DNA of 64,000 nucleotides, taken from positions 525,584 through 589,583 of the forward strand of contig NW_018480076.1 of assembly GCF_002113885.1 (NCBI RefSeq), given 5' to 3'. Positions 38,034-51,734 of the stretch are shown here, in pieces (position 1 is the stretch's first letter; each line of letters opens with the position of its first letter). A model generated the notes under the pieces. The model did not search any database, was not told where the DNA came from, and was given only the letters and a program-made list of their open reading frames with translations. The position numbers and the translations under genes were made by a program. This DNA is from Mizuhopecten yessoensis. Taxonomy: Eukaryota.

Positions 38034-39357
38034 GCCGTTTGTCGTCATCTATTTGCTCCATTTTGCTTACCATAATTAATTCAGATGATCTATTTGATTT
38101 GTTTAGAATGAAGGTAGTATTTGGCTGTTATATGAGCCGTTTCGGCGTTTATTGACTATTACGATCATTAACTGACAATAGTAAAATATTAGTGGACATG
38201 TAACAAGCGATGAATTTAAAAGTCTATAAATATTATAGAACCCGTGATTATAGATCTTGATTACTAACATCGTTAATCTCGATAAATTTTCGTAATCAAA
38301 GTAAACACCGATGACAGTGGTACGCACCATTAATTTATATCGCTTTTATATACAGACACTGGACAGTTGTGTCAGTGAACCGATTGGCCTCGCGCACTGT
38401 GGTTTTCCATGGTTGTAATCAGCTAATGGTCCTCGTTTTCTCTTTGTGGGATAGTCTGCCAGAATTGTTTAATTCAGGCCATATAAACAATTAACAAGTC
38501 TGCTGAATCTCTGCAGAGCAGTTTTGCGGCCGATTCACGATTAACACCGTAACGTTGGTGTTTTATAGACCGTCTGGTACCATATCGATCTGCGACCAGC
38601 TCGAGAAAGAAGCCTAGTTTGGTCACTAGGACCTGTGGTGCCCGTATAATGGTGAACTGATACCCAACCAGTGATTATATCATTTTGACGGGAATGTTGT
38701 CTGGGACGAAGCGATTTAGGCACCTTTGTTTCACGGGAAATAAACAGAACAGTTGCCTTTACATTAAGTATAAAAACACTTAATCAAGATTATATATTGA
38801 CCCAAGTAACGTTATTTGTGGAATGGTTTTGTTAAAAATACGCTGTAGAAAGAGCAGATTCCATTCAGACGAGTTTTTTGCTCAAAGTACGCCAGTTAAG
38901 TTTCATCTGTATTCAGTATTGATTGTATGTGTTAATACAACATAATTTGGATATGTCTAGGTTTTTGTGGAATTCGATTTAGTTTTCTGACACAAATCCA
39001 TTTCTTTGTGCTTGTTATGAACAAAACTTCTGGGCAGTTGATTGGTTGGCTGTTTGATTTAGGTTTTTATCATCGCCTTTTTTTAAAATGCAGGGTTTAC
39101 AGTCGCTACCATTTTTACTTTGCATTATGGGAGAGACAAAATGAACCTGTAAAGTTTTTGCATCCGGAAGAAACCGATGAATATTAGATAACTTACTTTG
39201 GACTTTTCGATTTTTCTTCTTTTTTTTTTTTTGATCGGTTTCTGACCCGATAATGTATAGCCTTCTGATGGTAACATTTTTTTTCTAATATTAAACGTTA
39301 AACCCAAGTTGTGTTTATCTTCAAAGGAACATGCACAATGTATGCTGTGCTAGTGTA

Positions 39358-39363
39358 AATAAA
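39358..39363 (+). terminator. Candidate polyadenylation signal for the read-through isoform
   Basis: AATAAA preceded by TGTA motifs and followed by a T-rich stretch. AATAAA is common in AT-rich DNA, so support is modest. Confidence 0.35.
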
Positions 39364-39453
39364 ATATATATATTTTATTCGTTCGTCATGATTTAAAGTA
39401 TTGATTTGCCAACAAAACTAAATCACATTCGTTGTTTTATTAATATTTTGCAG

Positions 39454-39487
39454 ACGAAAGAGTAAAAGGATCAAGTCAGCAACCTGA
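39454..39487 (+). CDS. Predicted alternative terminal coding exon of the prostanoid receptor (adds R-RKSKRIKSAT*, 591 aa total)
   Basis: Donor CAG|GTATGT at 38012 (phase 2) and acceptor GTTGTTTTATTAATATTTTGCAG ending 39453; joined frame ends at TGA 39485-39487. Confidence 0.55.
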
Positions 39488-40109
39488 TGTGTTAGCCGTC
39501 GATATGTTCAACGGGAGACAACTGTGACATTTTCTGCATTACCAAAATATCTATGTGATAATGTTCAAAGGGAGACAACTGTATGAAATGTTTTGCATTA
39601 CCAAAATCTAATATTGATAATCAAGCGTCAGTGTTGATCAAAAAGGAAAAGGTAATGCTGTAAAACTCCTCTCTGGGAAGATTTTTTGTGATTGGTAACT
39701 TAGTTGATTACTTTATTACACATTTGAAACGTTAAATCAATTATAATAATTCTACCACGTCGCAGATGAAACGATTTCAGTTTTTCTATCGATTTATATG
39801 CGAGACTGTTACACCCTGAACAAATACAAACCAAAACTTATCTACTCGGCGGGTTCCATAATATCCAGGTCCTGACCTGACTTGGCGAAACTCTTACATC
39901 GTAAGGCAATACGACTGATCGCTTGACGAATTGTTTACACGCACATAGGAACAGCCAAATTGTACAACAGATTATCTACGTTGCGCCGCTTTGTAAGCAA
40001 AAATACATTTCGTTAAATCGGACGTGGTAAAGTAGATTTTATCATCATGTAATATTAACCATTGTTTGGTATTGCAACAATATAACCCTACCAAATTCAG
40101 AAGGCACGC

Positions 40110-40467
40110 ATAACAGTATACAGTTGTTTCATGCCTTATCAGTCAACAGTCAAAACTATTTTCCCGAGGAGTTGGGTCCCAACTCCGAGGGAAAATGGTT
40201 TTGACTGTTGACTGATAAGGCATGAAACAACTGTTTTGTTACTTGACTAATGAAAAACAAAAAGTTTCATGTCGTATGTGATGTTTAGATCTACCGAGAG
40301 ACGACCGTCAACAATCCAGTACCAAAAACGCTTGATCGTTCGATTACCTAACACGTGACCAGTCAACAGTTTTGCGGTAGCACACATTAGCTATAGTTCG
40401 TTGGTGAATTGTCTGGGAAACAGTCGAAATTGATTAAAATGCATTTATATAGCGAGTCAGGTAATAA
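40110..40467. mobile_element. Non-autonomous element with a near-perfect 115-bp hairpin (40120-40234) and a ~230-bp tail
   Basis: 57-nt arms matching 54/57 around a single T at 40177; tail contains CACGTGACC and ends GGTAATAA. Confidence 0.7.
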
Positions 40468-40760
40468 CAATGAATGACATTACCCATGTGCTGATGCCAT
40501 CATTACGTCGATGTCATGTTGTAACGTTGAATGAATACCACTGACCCTCCTAGAAGAAAACCGTTTTGTTCATTAAGTTAATGATGCATACCTTTATTTT
40601 AAGTTAAAAACTGAATTTTGGTAATTTAATCAATAATTTCAAATCTTTCAAAATGATAAATTTAAGCACTGAACTGCTTTCTGGTTGCATTCATAAAGTC
40701 AGTATATGTTGGAATTGACTACTTCCATGAAGCGCGTTGAATTTGTCATTTCCATCCGTA

Positions 40761-40923
40761 ATTCATAATCAATTTGCCAAATGAAAGCAAAAGAATACAT
40801 CAATTAATGTTTATTGATGTTGATCATCCTCGAAATATGATTCATAATCAATTTGCCAAATGAAAGCAAAAGAATACATCAATTAATGTTTATTAATGTT
40901 GATCATCCTCGAAATATGATTCA
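40761..40923. repeat. 79-bp tandem duplication
   Basis: ATTCATAATCAATTTGCC...CCTCGAAATATG starts at 40761 and 40840; the copies differ at about one base. Confidence 0.9.
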
Positions 40924-41554
40924 CAATATCTTACGTGTAAATGGTGAATATTTCTTAATCGTTCATATTTTGAGGAAGATCATTTTAACACAAATCAAAG
41001 ATAGCATTTGAAAGGATATATACAACCTAACTTTAACACAAATCACAGGTATAATGTGTTATGTTATATTCATCCTTAACTCCAACACTATTCACACTTT
41101 CCTTTATCATACATGGAATGCGACTATTGTCGACTTCAACGAAGTACATCTATTTCAATTCAACAATGTTGATTTGTGTAAAGAACTTAAGAGATATAAA
41201 TTCAAATCATTAATAATTCAAAAGTCATTCACTGTTGTCAAAAAGAAAACAATAGAAATAAAAGGTCGAGTTTAAATTCATATGGTGGTGGGGGGGGGGG
41301 GGGGATTAAATTGTGGTTACAGGTTTAACTATCCGTAACGTTACTGAGTAAAAAAATTACCTCGTTGAATTTTACATTATAAGGCGCGAAAGTTAACACT
41401 GTATAGCATTGTATTACTTTACACGTGTGGCGCGTGTTTTGTTGTTGTTTGTATGAGTTTATGTTTTGCCCAATATCTTGACAGTCGAATGTTGAGGTCC
41501 TGTATCTAGTGAGAATGACACTGTCTGTGATACACCATGCTTTATGTATATTGT

Positions 41555-41560
41555 AATAAA
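41555..41560 (+). terminator. Candidate distal polyadenylation signal of the receptor gene
   Basis: AATAAA with upstream TGTA motifs and a downstream GT-rich element (TTTGTCGTGTTATGTGTTTC, ~41579-41598). Confidence 0.5.
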
Positions 41561-42375
41561 TTATTTTTGTATAAACTCTTTGTCGTGTTATGTGTTTCTG
41601 CGATACACCACGTGTTTATAACACAAGGACGAGTCGAATTGTTGCTATTCGACCAACATGGCGGCTTCTCACAGATCTTGACCTGGGAATGAATCGTAAG
41701 AATGATAACTCTATCTACTTTATAATCTATAATGATGCACGAAACTGTTTACCAATGTCGTCCCCGCAATGTCTGTCCTGAAACCTTTCCACACATATGA
41801 CATATGCGCCATATTTGTGTTAGTGCGCTTTGGTGTTGCTCTGCTCTGAAATCTGGTAGAGTTGATGTAACATCGGATTCCCTTCTAGTGGTATTTTACG
41901 ATTACTGTTGTTATCGCTCCACTTCTGTTTACCTTCTCTTTTCGTTCCTTGTCCCACTTCAATAGTATGACATTGTATCTAGACGACAGCAGATCGAATA
42001 ACGATTAACCGGTACTCTTACTGGACAGGGTTTATTAGCCTGTGTCCACGTTTGACGAGGGGTAGGCCACGCTATACAAACAAAACATGGGCGTTTGTCA
42101 ATACCATTAATTCTGTTTTTAGAATGATGAGTTTTCACGATTCAAAGTATCGGGAACGTGGATAGCGTATAGCAATCAAGCACATAAGCAGTCCCCTTAG
42201 TCGGGATAGTAACACAAGAATACTTGTCTCATTGCAGACAAGACACTAGAGAACTGCAATGTAGCCTAATGATTCAGAGTATCGGTAACGTACGGCCACC
42301 TACCGGTCAAGTCAATGGTGACATAATACGTGTTAGGAAACACTAGAGAGAAATGTCACGTTATAGTTTGTTGTT

Positions 42376-42567
42376 CTATTCCGTCTTTGCGTATTGCTGA
42401 GTTATCTTCTCTTGAGAGCCGGTATTGATTGTTACGTCCTTGGTTTGTGTGAAAAAAATACGTCGTTTTCTCAAAAATTGCTGACGTTACTCTCACAAGC
42501 AAATGACGTAACAATCCCTACCTGCTCTCAAGAGAAGATAACGCTGCAATACGCAAAGACGGAATAG
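42376..42567. mobile_element. MITE, 192 bp, ~60-bp TIRs (CTATTCCGTCTTTGCGTATTGC...GCAATACGCAAAGACGGAATAG)
   Basis: First 22 bp are perfectly inverted; a second copy lies at 14322. Confidence 0.9.
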
Positions 42568-43167
42568 TAGCGTAACGTCATTGTCGTAGTATGGTCCTGA
42601 TTATAACTTTCGTGTAGGAGGGCCTTAACTATGTACCCTATTTGTACGAAAGACATCACATTTTCCAAAGAATTCATACTCCCTTCACCGTCTTGTCCTT
42701 GTGGTTCATTGCAGTCGCGATTGTTGGCGTGTAGCTATATATTGACAGATGACTCTATGATTTAAATACGTTTCTTACAGGATTTTTTTATCATTATTAC
42801 CATTCATCGGATAGGTTCATCATCATTTGCATTATTGTAAATGAAAACAAGGTGGGTATGTAAAGGAAAAGTAAGATCCCACAAGACGAACCAGCATTGT
42901 GTAATTAATCCAACATATGCTTATATGGGCAACTGTATATGTACACTGGTATTAGATTTAATCTATCAACACTGAAGAAACTTACAACTTAACTACTTGT
43001 CCAGATGGTTTGAGGCAAATTGCAGTAATACCTATGTGTGGCAAGGTTTCAAAATTTCGAAAAGGACAGTTCTTACTTGGACATAAGACTTTAAACATTT
43101 CATAATTCTCTCACCAATTCGGTGAAATGCAATGCTATCATATCTGTTTTAAGACCAATAGTTTGCT

Positions 43168-43500
43168 GATACTCGAAACTCAAGGGGTTACGGCTTCGCT
43201 ATCGTCACCCCTGGAATATGTCATAGCAAAATCGAAGGCGCAGTGTGCACCAAATTGTAGATGAGACAAGAAGACTAATTTAACCCTTTTATCAAAAGAA
43301 TAGTGTTGGTCGCGTAACGGTAAAATTGACTGGCTTTCAAGTCGGGTTTTGCTCCTCTGTAATCTTCAAAGAACAGGTGTCAGCCTAGCGATTGGTCAGG
43401 TTTTTTTGCCTGAGACCAATCAAATAGCTAGCCGCGTACCTTCAAATTTGCTATGACATATTCCAGGGATTTAGCTGGATACTCCTGGATATCGAATATG
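43168..43500. mobile_element. Second, more diverged copy of the 16457-16800 MITE family
   Basis: Shares CCCCTGGAATATGTCATAGCAAAATCGA, GTAACGGTAAAATTGAC, GTAATCTTCAAAG and TTTGCTATGACATATTCCA in the same order; TSD not recognisable. Confidence 0.88.
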
Positions 43501-46500
43501 GAAGAGTAATAACATTGCACGAATGAATGAGACGCAAGGATGTTTGGTATATGATATTGTGAATAAGATAAAAATAATTCCGGATATTATTTTCAGTCAT
43601 CCGAGCTCTAAATAGTTTCAATACAAATGCAGGTTAGGGGTTCTATATATGTTATATATGAAGAATGGCAGACGTTAGGTGAAAGTAAAGTGAAGCACGC
43701 GGATTTCAACTTTGTTTTGTTAAATTTGTTAGTTTTTTTTCGATACCACTTCCTTAACAGAAGATGGCATGTATAAACTGTCTACATAAAAAATTATACG
43801 TTAGTTCTATCAGGAAATCCATCCATCTATTTTATATTAACAATGTCTGACGTTATTTAAAAAAAAACAGGCTGACACAAGACAAATGAGATGGCTCCAA
43901 AACATCATACCATTTGTAGTTACATCGCCATGATTAGGTAGTACTATTTATAAGCTGTTAAAGACGTATTGCTTAGTAGGTGCAAACTTAATACTTAAAG
44001 CTGACAGTGCAAGTTAAAAAGCTTTCATTGAGATTAAAAAATAAATAAATTTTACTCAAAATATATTTTTTCTGTTTTTTTAAGACTTCCCCGTCTCTTC
44101 AGACTATCGTTTCTAGGGAAGTGACGACATTTTAGTTTGGTCCTCAAAACCAGAAGAAGAAAAAAAATGAAAAAAAACTGGTTAGTAAAATACAAAGGTA
44201 CAATGGAGAAACTTTATGACCTAAGAAAAAGATGTAGGTACAATCGAAATGGCATGTACAACATCTAGCTATAAAGTTAAATACAAAATATGTTCGAACT
44301 AAGTAAAATTGTATACAATAATGTAGGTATGATATACAAACTAGATTCAATCTAGATAAAGCTAAATACTGCGAATGTATATCGACTACATACAAAATAG
44401 ACGCATATTAATTTTGATACTAATTAATTGCACATAAAATATTACTGTTAATTCATTCAAGCTACTGTATGTTGTAATGTGTTGATTGATAACAAAGTAT
44501 ATTATATTGTGTGATTGAAGTCAATATATCACATTTACGTCATCATTGCACTTATCTTTAACTACATAACTCGTGATTGCTTACACGCAGGATAGACCAA
44601 GCTGTCGTGGTCGGGTCTAAAACAAGTCCAAACTCATCCAATCCATTATCATACATTAACTAACCGCCGACTTTCAATTATGGAATATTTATCAATCTCA
44701 GATTCGGAGGAACTGTTAATGTACACAGATGAAGTTTTAGTACAACAAGTTTGTTATCATGAGCTATTGTCAGTTGTATAGGGTGGTGAATTGGGTTGGT
44801 GTGGCGATAAATTAATTTGCCTCAAGACCAACTCAACTATATTTATATATCCTTATGGACGCGACCGTAGATAAAATCCTGATGCCGGATATCCCGTTAA
44901 CGTAGTCCGAGTAATTACTAAAGTACTGCAATATAATGCAGACATGTAAAACATCTCCAGCAATTTCAGATTAAATCAGTGGATTTCGACCTTATTTTCA
45001 GCTCTTGATGTAACGTATTTCAGAGGTAGGCTTGTTCGTATTACCGAACCTAACCAAACTCATTAATGGTATATGGACACATCGAAATAAAGTCTTCTCT
45101 TAAAAATACCATGACATAAAGTAAAGGATTTTTTAAAACTGTCTCTTCTTAATTTTACTGCTAGCCCCCGGATTTGCAAAGCAAGATCGTAATTGTACCA
45201 ACAAATTTAAGCTGGTATTGCCGATATACCTTGGCTAAATACAGATAGAGGAGGTAGGTTACCGAAATTGAGCCGTCATAACTGTTCCATGTAGATGTAG
45301 CAAACAGTGCTTTTCAGGTTTTAGACGAGAACATATTATTGTAAGAGTTAGTTCCCTTGCAGTCCTTATTCTTCTGCGATGCGTATATGTGGCGTTAGGT
45401 GGTTTAGGAACTAATGATTTAATAAGTTACAACTTCAAAATGAAGAGCAATGCATGGGAGGTGTCCAATCGGTGCTCATACTGACAATAAATGCCACCTG
45501 AAAACACTTAAAATGCCTAGAGTCTGATTCTGAACAGGCTTATTATGGTCATATTCTAAATTTAAGATTCAATATCATTTAGATGTGTAATGTAACGTTG
45601 CGGGTAAAAATTATAGAAGAGACAATTATGATATTTGGTAATCAATTTCATATTCAATGCAAGTCAATATCGTTACAGGGATGGGACTTCAAGGTTACGT
45701 TCCCGCCCGCTTATTGTAAAACAAATTTACCATAAACCCTGGACACACAAATAGTGTATGAAATGGGGGGTTTTCCGAAACACATCATAAATTACATGTA
45801 TTACATTAAGAGAATAATAATCTTAACGTATTGATAATTAAGTGTCACTATTTATTACTGTGAAATATTTAGTAAGGGTGCCCGTTTTTTGTTTTTGGGA
45901 GGCCACTGCAAAAAACAACATTACATAATCTTCTGTACTTCGTACTATCCAATAGGTTTACTGTTTAGTGGTAGACGTTATCACTTATTCAAAATCAATA
46001 CATACAAAACTTCATATGTAACAGTTTTACGTAACTTGCCTTACGAAATTCGAAAATTGTTCCTCTATTTATTTTTCTAATATAAGTTAATTGTAGGTTA
46101 CCGACAGTTCTCTTAAGCAGGTCAATCTATTCTACAATATAACCTATATAATTATTTTTCCCTTCAAAGCTTTCATTTTTTTGTTTTTCAGTTAAACTCT
46201 TATCTAAACGAACCATTGTTCTGCAATGTCATTATTTGCCATTCCATACTTGTTGATCAAATATCCTCGCTGTCTATTGTAACTTTCATATTTAAGGCGT
46301 AAAGCAAAGAACACATTTTGCATCCATGTGTTGTAAGAATATAACTATTTCACACTTTACATGATTGTCATAGTCCAAATTACACTACGGCTGATACTTC
46401 CAAAATGTTTTAAAGAGTGAAAGATGAAGCTATCCCCCATTTATACGTTGAAAGCGTTCATCCATGCTACGTGTAGATTTGTCTGGTATTTCTGACATTT

Positions 46501-47581
46501 TGTACATGTATATTGTATTTGATGTATCTATACCAGAGCAATATGCAAGTTTAAACTGCAATCTGCAAACACATTATCAGACGCGATCTGAAACTCCAAG
46601 GCAATTAGCGACAGAGAAACGCCCCCCAGTGAAAGGGACACTTATGTTAATTTGAGTGATACGTCTGACTTTTCTGTGTGACAAGTAAGTGCTTGACTAA
46701 GGACATGCAAATGTTCAATATAACATCATACATGTGTATCTTTAAGTACATGTATGATCACTTTAACTAAAAATAGAGCCGGAAATTATATTCCTCCTAG
46801 TGTCTTTTCAGCTCCAATAAATATAGCATTAGCACACGTACAATAGGTTTCATAAAACTCATTTACAAAAAAAAATATCAAAAACTCAATAACAAATATA
46901 AAATAAAACAAAGGGACTATTTCCAGCTATGTTAAATATATATAAGATGCCCCCTCATTACTTTCGTTTCAGAAGTGCTACGAGATTTATGCTGCTGTTT
47001 TAACTCTTTTTTTTCCCCTTATACATCCGATGTTATTACATTGAATCACTACTAATTATTTAGATGAAAAATTAACCTATTTACAGCATGGGGATCGAAA
47101 AATGAAATATCAGCCTTAATGTATTTTCGGAGAAAAATCATATTTTTTTCATCATTATACTTGGTACTCTTCTATCCCAAACATTTTCATAGTATGAAGT
47201 AGTGGTGTTATTTCAAGTATGTATGCACAAATCCAGCCCCAAAAATGTGGTGGAAAGTATTCATTTTGTACAATAAGGTACCCTGTGTACCCAAAAAGGT
47301 GAGGGCCTAAGAGTCCACCAGAAAGCAATACACCTGATCACAGGTAATTGGTAATGAAATTCATTGCAAGCCTACAATAAACCTTGAAGTGCATGTTAGG
47401 TCACAAACAGATTTGCTTTTCGAGGATTTTCAGAAATGTTTTGAAATATGCTCGCAGCAATAAAATGCTAAATTTCGTTGAATAACCCCTGATTGCTTTG
47501 CCAATTTAACTATTCCGAATAATTGCAAGTTTAAGTCATATTATATGTTGTGAATGGTTAAATACCACGTATGGGGAAACG

Positions 47582-47692
47582 TAGTCCGAATTATTCCGAC
47601 GTTTTATCGACTTTTTTATATCGGTCTGTCGTTAATCGACGACAGACCGATATAAAAAAAAAGTCGATAAAACGTCAGAATAATTCAGTCTA
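47582..47692. mobile_element. 111-bp fully palindromic mini-transposon with probable 9-bp TSD
   Basis: ~52-bp inverted arms around a 6-nt loop; flanks GGGGAAACG (47573-47581) and GGGGAAACA (47693-47701). Confidence 0.85.
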
Positions 47693-48393
47693 GGGGAAAC
47701 ATAACGAAGAATTGCATCGTAATTAGCACTCTGGGGTTAAAATGTCGTTATTGGGTAAAATCATGGTGAACTATTCAATCTTGACAGTAGGAATGTGTCA
47801 AAACGACATGGGGAAAGTGGCGAAGTTCGCAAGCTTGTGTACCGCAAAGAGTCAAAGTCGCGTGATACTATTAACCGGCAGGAATTCACAAGGTGACATT
47901 CATGCGAATTGAACCGATAATGATCAAATAGAGTTTTGAAAAATAAATATTAATGTGCTCAAAACAGCCAAATACATTCCGATCTTTTCTTTTCAAAGGA
48001 GAATTGCTGAAATCACAATTGTGTTCTTCATGTCGCGCGAATTTGGCTGTTGGCGGTCCTCGTCAGACCTGTTTCAGTGACTGATTTTAAACGTACATAC
48101 TCTGCCGATATCGATGTCCGATTCAGTCGGATTTGCAGACGATCAGAAAACTACTAAAAACATTTTATAACAAAAGAAAGTAGAAGATTTATCCGTATAT
48201 AAGATTGAATCATTTCTGAAACTTACTGTTGTGTACAAACGTATTAACGTATTACAAGAAGAAGGCAACAGAGGCACGGGAGTGATGAACATTAGAAAAG
48301 CAGAGTGTTATGAATAGTGGACAGTGTTACTGGTGCCGCCTGTGTCGGAGAAGATCACTACCACGATCTCACATTAAATATCTTCAAGCTATG

Positions 48394-48416
48394 ACACACA
48401 CACACACACACACACA

Positions 48417-48466
<50 letters not shown>

Positions 48467-48467
48467 C
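48394..48467. repeat. Compound microsatellite (AC)n(CT)n(AT)n
   Basis: Directly visible; abuts the 5' end of the LINE fragment. Confidence 0.95.
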
Positions 48468-48469
48468 AT

Positions 48470-49200
48470 TATGTTATTGGGAAAGGGCTTTACATTAGTT
48501 GGACAACGTGTGCCAAATCCCTTTTGTATATTAGATGCAAATAAAATTATGTTTAAATCAAACGTATTGATGAAGGTTGCCATCGTGTCTTCAAGAAGTC
48601 TCGTAAATGTAAAGGTACACGAAATGTAAAAAAAAATCCACATTGTAAATGGCTTTTGGATAAACTGACTAAACGTGGCATAGATTGCTCGAATGAAGAT
48701 TAATATATCCATCCCTGATGTGAGGTATGGATAAGGTTATTCAAACCCAAGGAATAAAATATTTTATCTGGGCATATCAGAAAACAAAGATTACAAGACC
48801 AGTTTATCCAAAAAGGGTTATCGTTATCGAGAGCTCTTCAAGAGGATCTACATATTCCAATTTAAAACAAATTTTGAACTTGAAAAATTACCTTGTGAAA
48901 CTAAAGCCAAAAGAAAGACCAAGTTTAGAACTTCAAATATGAACTTATCTATAGAAACTGGAAGATGAATTGGAATACCCAAAGAAAACAGAACTTGTAT
49001 TATATGTTCTGATGAAATTGGTGATGAATATCATTATCTATTTAAGTGCGAACACGTATCTGTTTAACATATAAGACAACTATTTATTCCAAATTACTAC
49101 TATACTTACCCTAGCCATATTAAAAAGCGTGGACTATTTACTACATGTATATGCAATGTAAACGGTGTTTTAAATGTTAGCAAATTTCTAGAAAAAAATG
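48470..49200 (+). mobile_element. Decayed 3' part of a non-LTR retrotransposon ORF2 (C-terminal Cys/His zinc-binding region)
   Basis: Translates with stops and frameshifts as IETGR*IGIPKENRTCIICSDEIGDEYHYLFKC, homologous to 53814-54119. Confidence 0.8.
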
Positions 49201-51494
49201 AAAAGATATTGAATGTACGTAGTTAGTTTATCATGGTAGCATTTAAGCCGCTGATATCCGCCATGTATATATGAATATGATACATATTGACCTCTTGTTA
49301 CAAAATTTGTATACATGAGAGAAATAAAAATCTGAAATCTGAGATCCTCAAAATTGCTAGGTTTTGACAAACGGTAGCTGTAACAGTCAGTCAGCGTCTG
49401 TCTGTCCATGTGTGTAGCTGTATTGTTTCATGTTTGTGTTTGAGTAATGGAAAAAGAGGTGGTTCCTCATCTACTGAACTTGTTTGTGCTATATGTTATG
49501 AAGTTTAGACGGACATATGCAAGTCCATGATTACCTGTGAACACTAGGAATTTTAGGGATAATTCATGAAATGCCAAAAATATTGTTCCAAATGTTAAGG
49601 AAAGGCTAAGGTCAGCGACTATATATGTGGAGATTACAGCTAACATGATCCTGTTCTAAATGGGGGGAAGTTAATAGTTTCTCTACAATTAAAATTCTGC
49701 TACAAATGAATATTGATATGACTATTGGGTAGAGTGATCTAATTGACTTGTGTCATTTGTAAGAGATTATTGTTTGAGGATATATGATTTGTGTATGAAC
49801 TTAAAGTAAGTTATAATCTGGTCAACACATTGTTTATTATTTGTAATTGGTTCACATTGCTAAAAGTTGGAAATGTATGAGATGTGATTTTGAAATTCTC
49901 ATACGAGTCTTAGGTTTGAAATATAAGTTTGGTGTGTTCTCGTACTATAATCTAATGTGAGCGAATCTTGAAAGTTTTATTAGGAGTTCGGTACATGTTT
50001 TATAGATTTACTTTATACCCAACAGTCATATTGAATAACCAGGATACCTACTTCGACTATTCCCATCTGTCTCTCCCCTCCACCTCCTCTCTTATTCCAG
50101 CCCCTCTCCCTTTTTCCAACACCAACGATCTCTGTGTACTAATTTCAATCTTAGCGTCCATCAATAGCATACCCGTTTCCATATGACAGAGAGGGTGTGT
50201 CCGGTTTTCCTAATCTAGTCGGCTAAGTATGTAAGGCAGGAATTCACAGAAGGACTTGGAGTGACACATGAAAAAGGTAAATGCGGCACGGAATGTGATT
50301 GAACTTAAGAAAAGCAGAAGGATATTTGTGTACAGATTAGGTATGCTACTTACGCCGACTCGATTAGAAAAATCACACACGCGATCTCAATAAAATCTCC
50401 GAATACATATTTAAAAAATATACGTTGGTGTCCCTAATCCTATCATTACCTCTTTTGCTGTAACCCATCTTTAACATCTTATATATATATATATAAATTT
50501 GTATTAGGTTATTACGTGACACACTAATTTTGTATATATATATTCTGTTACGGAAAGGACGCAAGTAAGTTGCAATTACTTTTGTCCAATCCATTTGTCT
50601 TTTGTTGCAATAAAATTGATTTAAACTAAATAGAACTGTGAGATGTCGTGCAATGTATGTGTTCCAATTGTCAACTTAATAAATGACCAAGTTTGTACCA
50701 GTATTTCTGTATTATAGTTGTCTCTTAGTTACAATTAAAGATTTAAAACCCAGGTGTTTGGTAGTTGCAATTAATTCGTCGGTATCTGGGTAGTAGGCAA
50801 GAGTACCCCTCCATTTTATCATGATCGTAACCACGCTAATACAGGTTATACTCAGGTTCAGTTTGGACACTAAGTCTTGACCACTTGACCTTCACATAGA
50901 AGTTTTGGTGACAGCGGTGGGATGTGTGAGTTGTTTATCATGAATTCAGTGATACGATATAATTTGATAAAAACAATCTTCATGGTGATATAGCCTGATA
51001 TCAGAAATCAAGAAATCCTTAACTATTCAACCGTATTTCTAGCTAGCAACAATTTTGGGTTTTTTCCAGCCGAAGAGAGAAGATAAATTATCGCTTTATT
51101 CACGTAGCTTGTTCAGGATACAAGTACGGGGATTTATTCAGAATCATCTTCCAAACAACATCACAAACATCGCTATAAACGAGTTATCTCTTTTACGTTT
51201 AAACCTTTCGATATCGTACTTTTTTTTCTCCCTGTGGCACCTCTCAGTGCATGCATACTCTGATTAAACCTGTTTGTTTTCGTTTAAACCCAACTGTAAA
51301 CAGAAATATCTGATTAGAGGTTAATATCATGATACCTTTATTTCCTGCTTGCTATGTATTATGTAAATTCAAAGTGACAAGAATGTATTATGTGTGAACT
51401 AAAACTCATAAATGACACTGTGTTGTCGGTCGACAGCGTGGTAATGTACATGTTTATTTCTCATTGAAAGGCTGGATATTGCGCTATTTGGTCG

Positions 51495-51734
51495 AATAAT
51501 AATAATAATTCGAGGTTCTTATATACCGCTTTATCACAACCTAGTTCGTAGGTCGTCTCAAAGCGGTTCACAAATTATTATCCATGGTTATAGGGCATTT
51601 GCAACCAGCCAATACCTTTCTCAGCTCCATGGGGAGTATACAGCCGGAGCTGCCATTTCGGCGCTTACAGCTTGCATTCAACAATTCTAGCACTGCCTAA
51701 CCACGCACTCATTTACAGCTGAGTAGACTGGAGC
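51495..51734 (-). mobile_element. 5'-truncated SINE with Meta-domain-like core and L2-like 3' tail
   Basis: Minus strand reads CTCCAGTCTACTCAGCTGTAAATGAG...AGCGCCGAAATGGCAGC...GCTGTATACTCCCCATGGAGCTGAG...CGCTTTGAG...AAAGCGGTATATAAG..(ATT)n. Family assignment is from recall of bivalve Meta-type SINEs, not a search. Confidence 0.7.
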
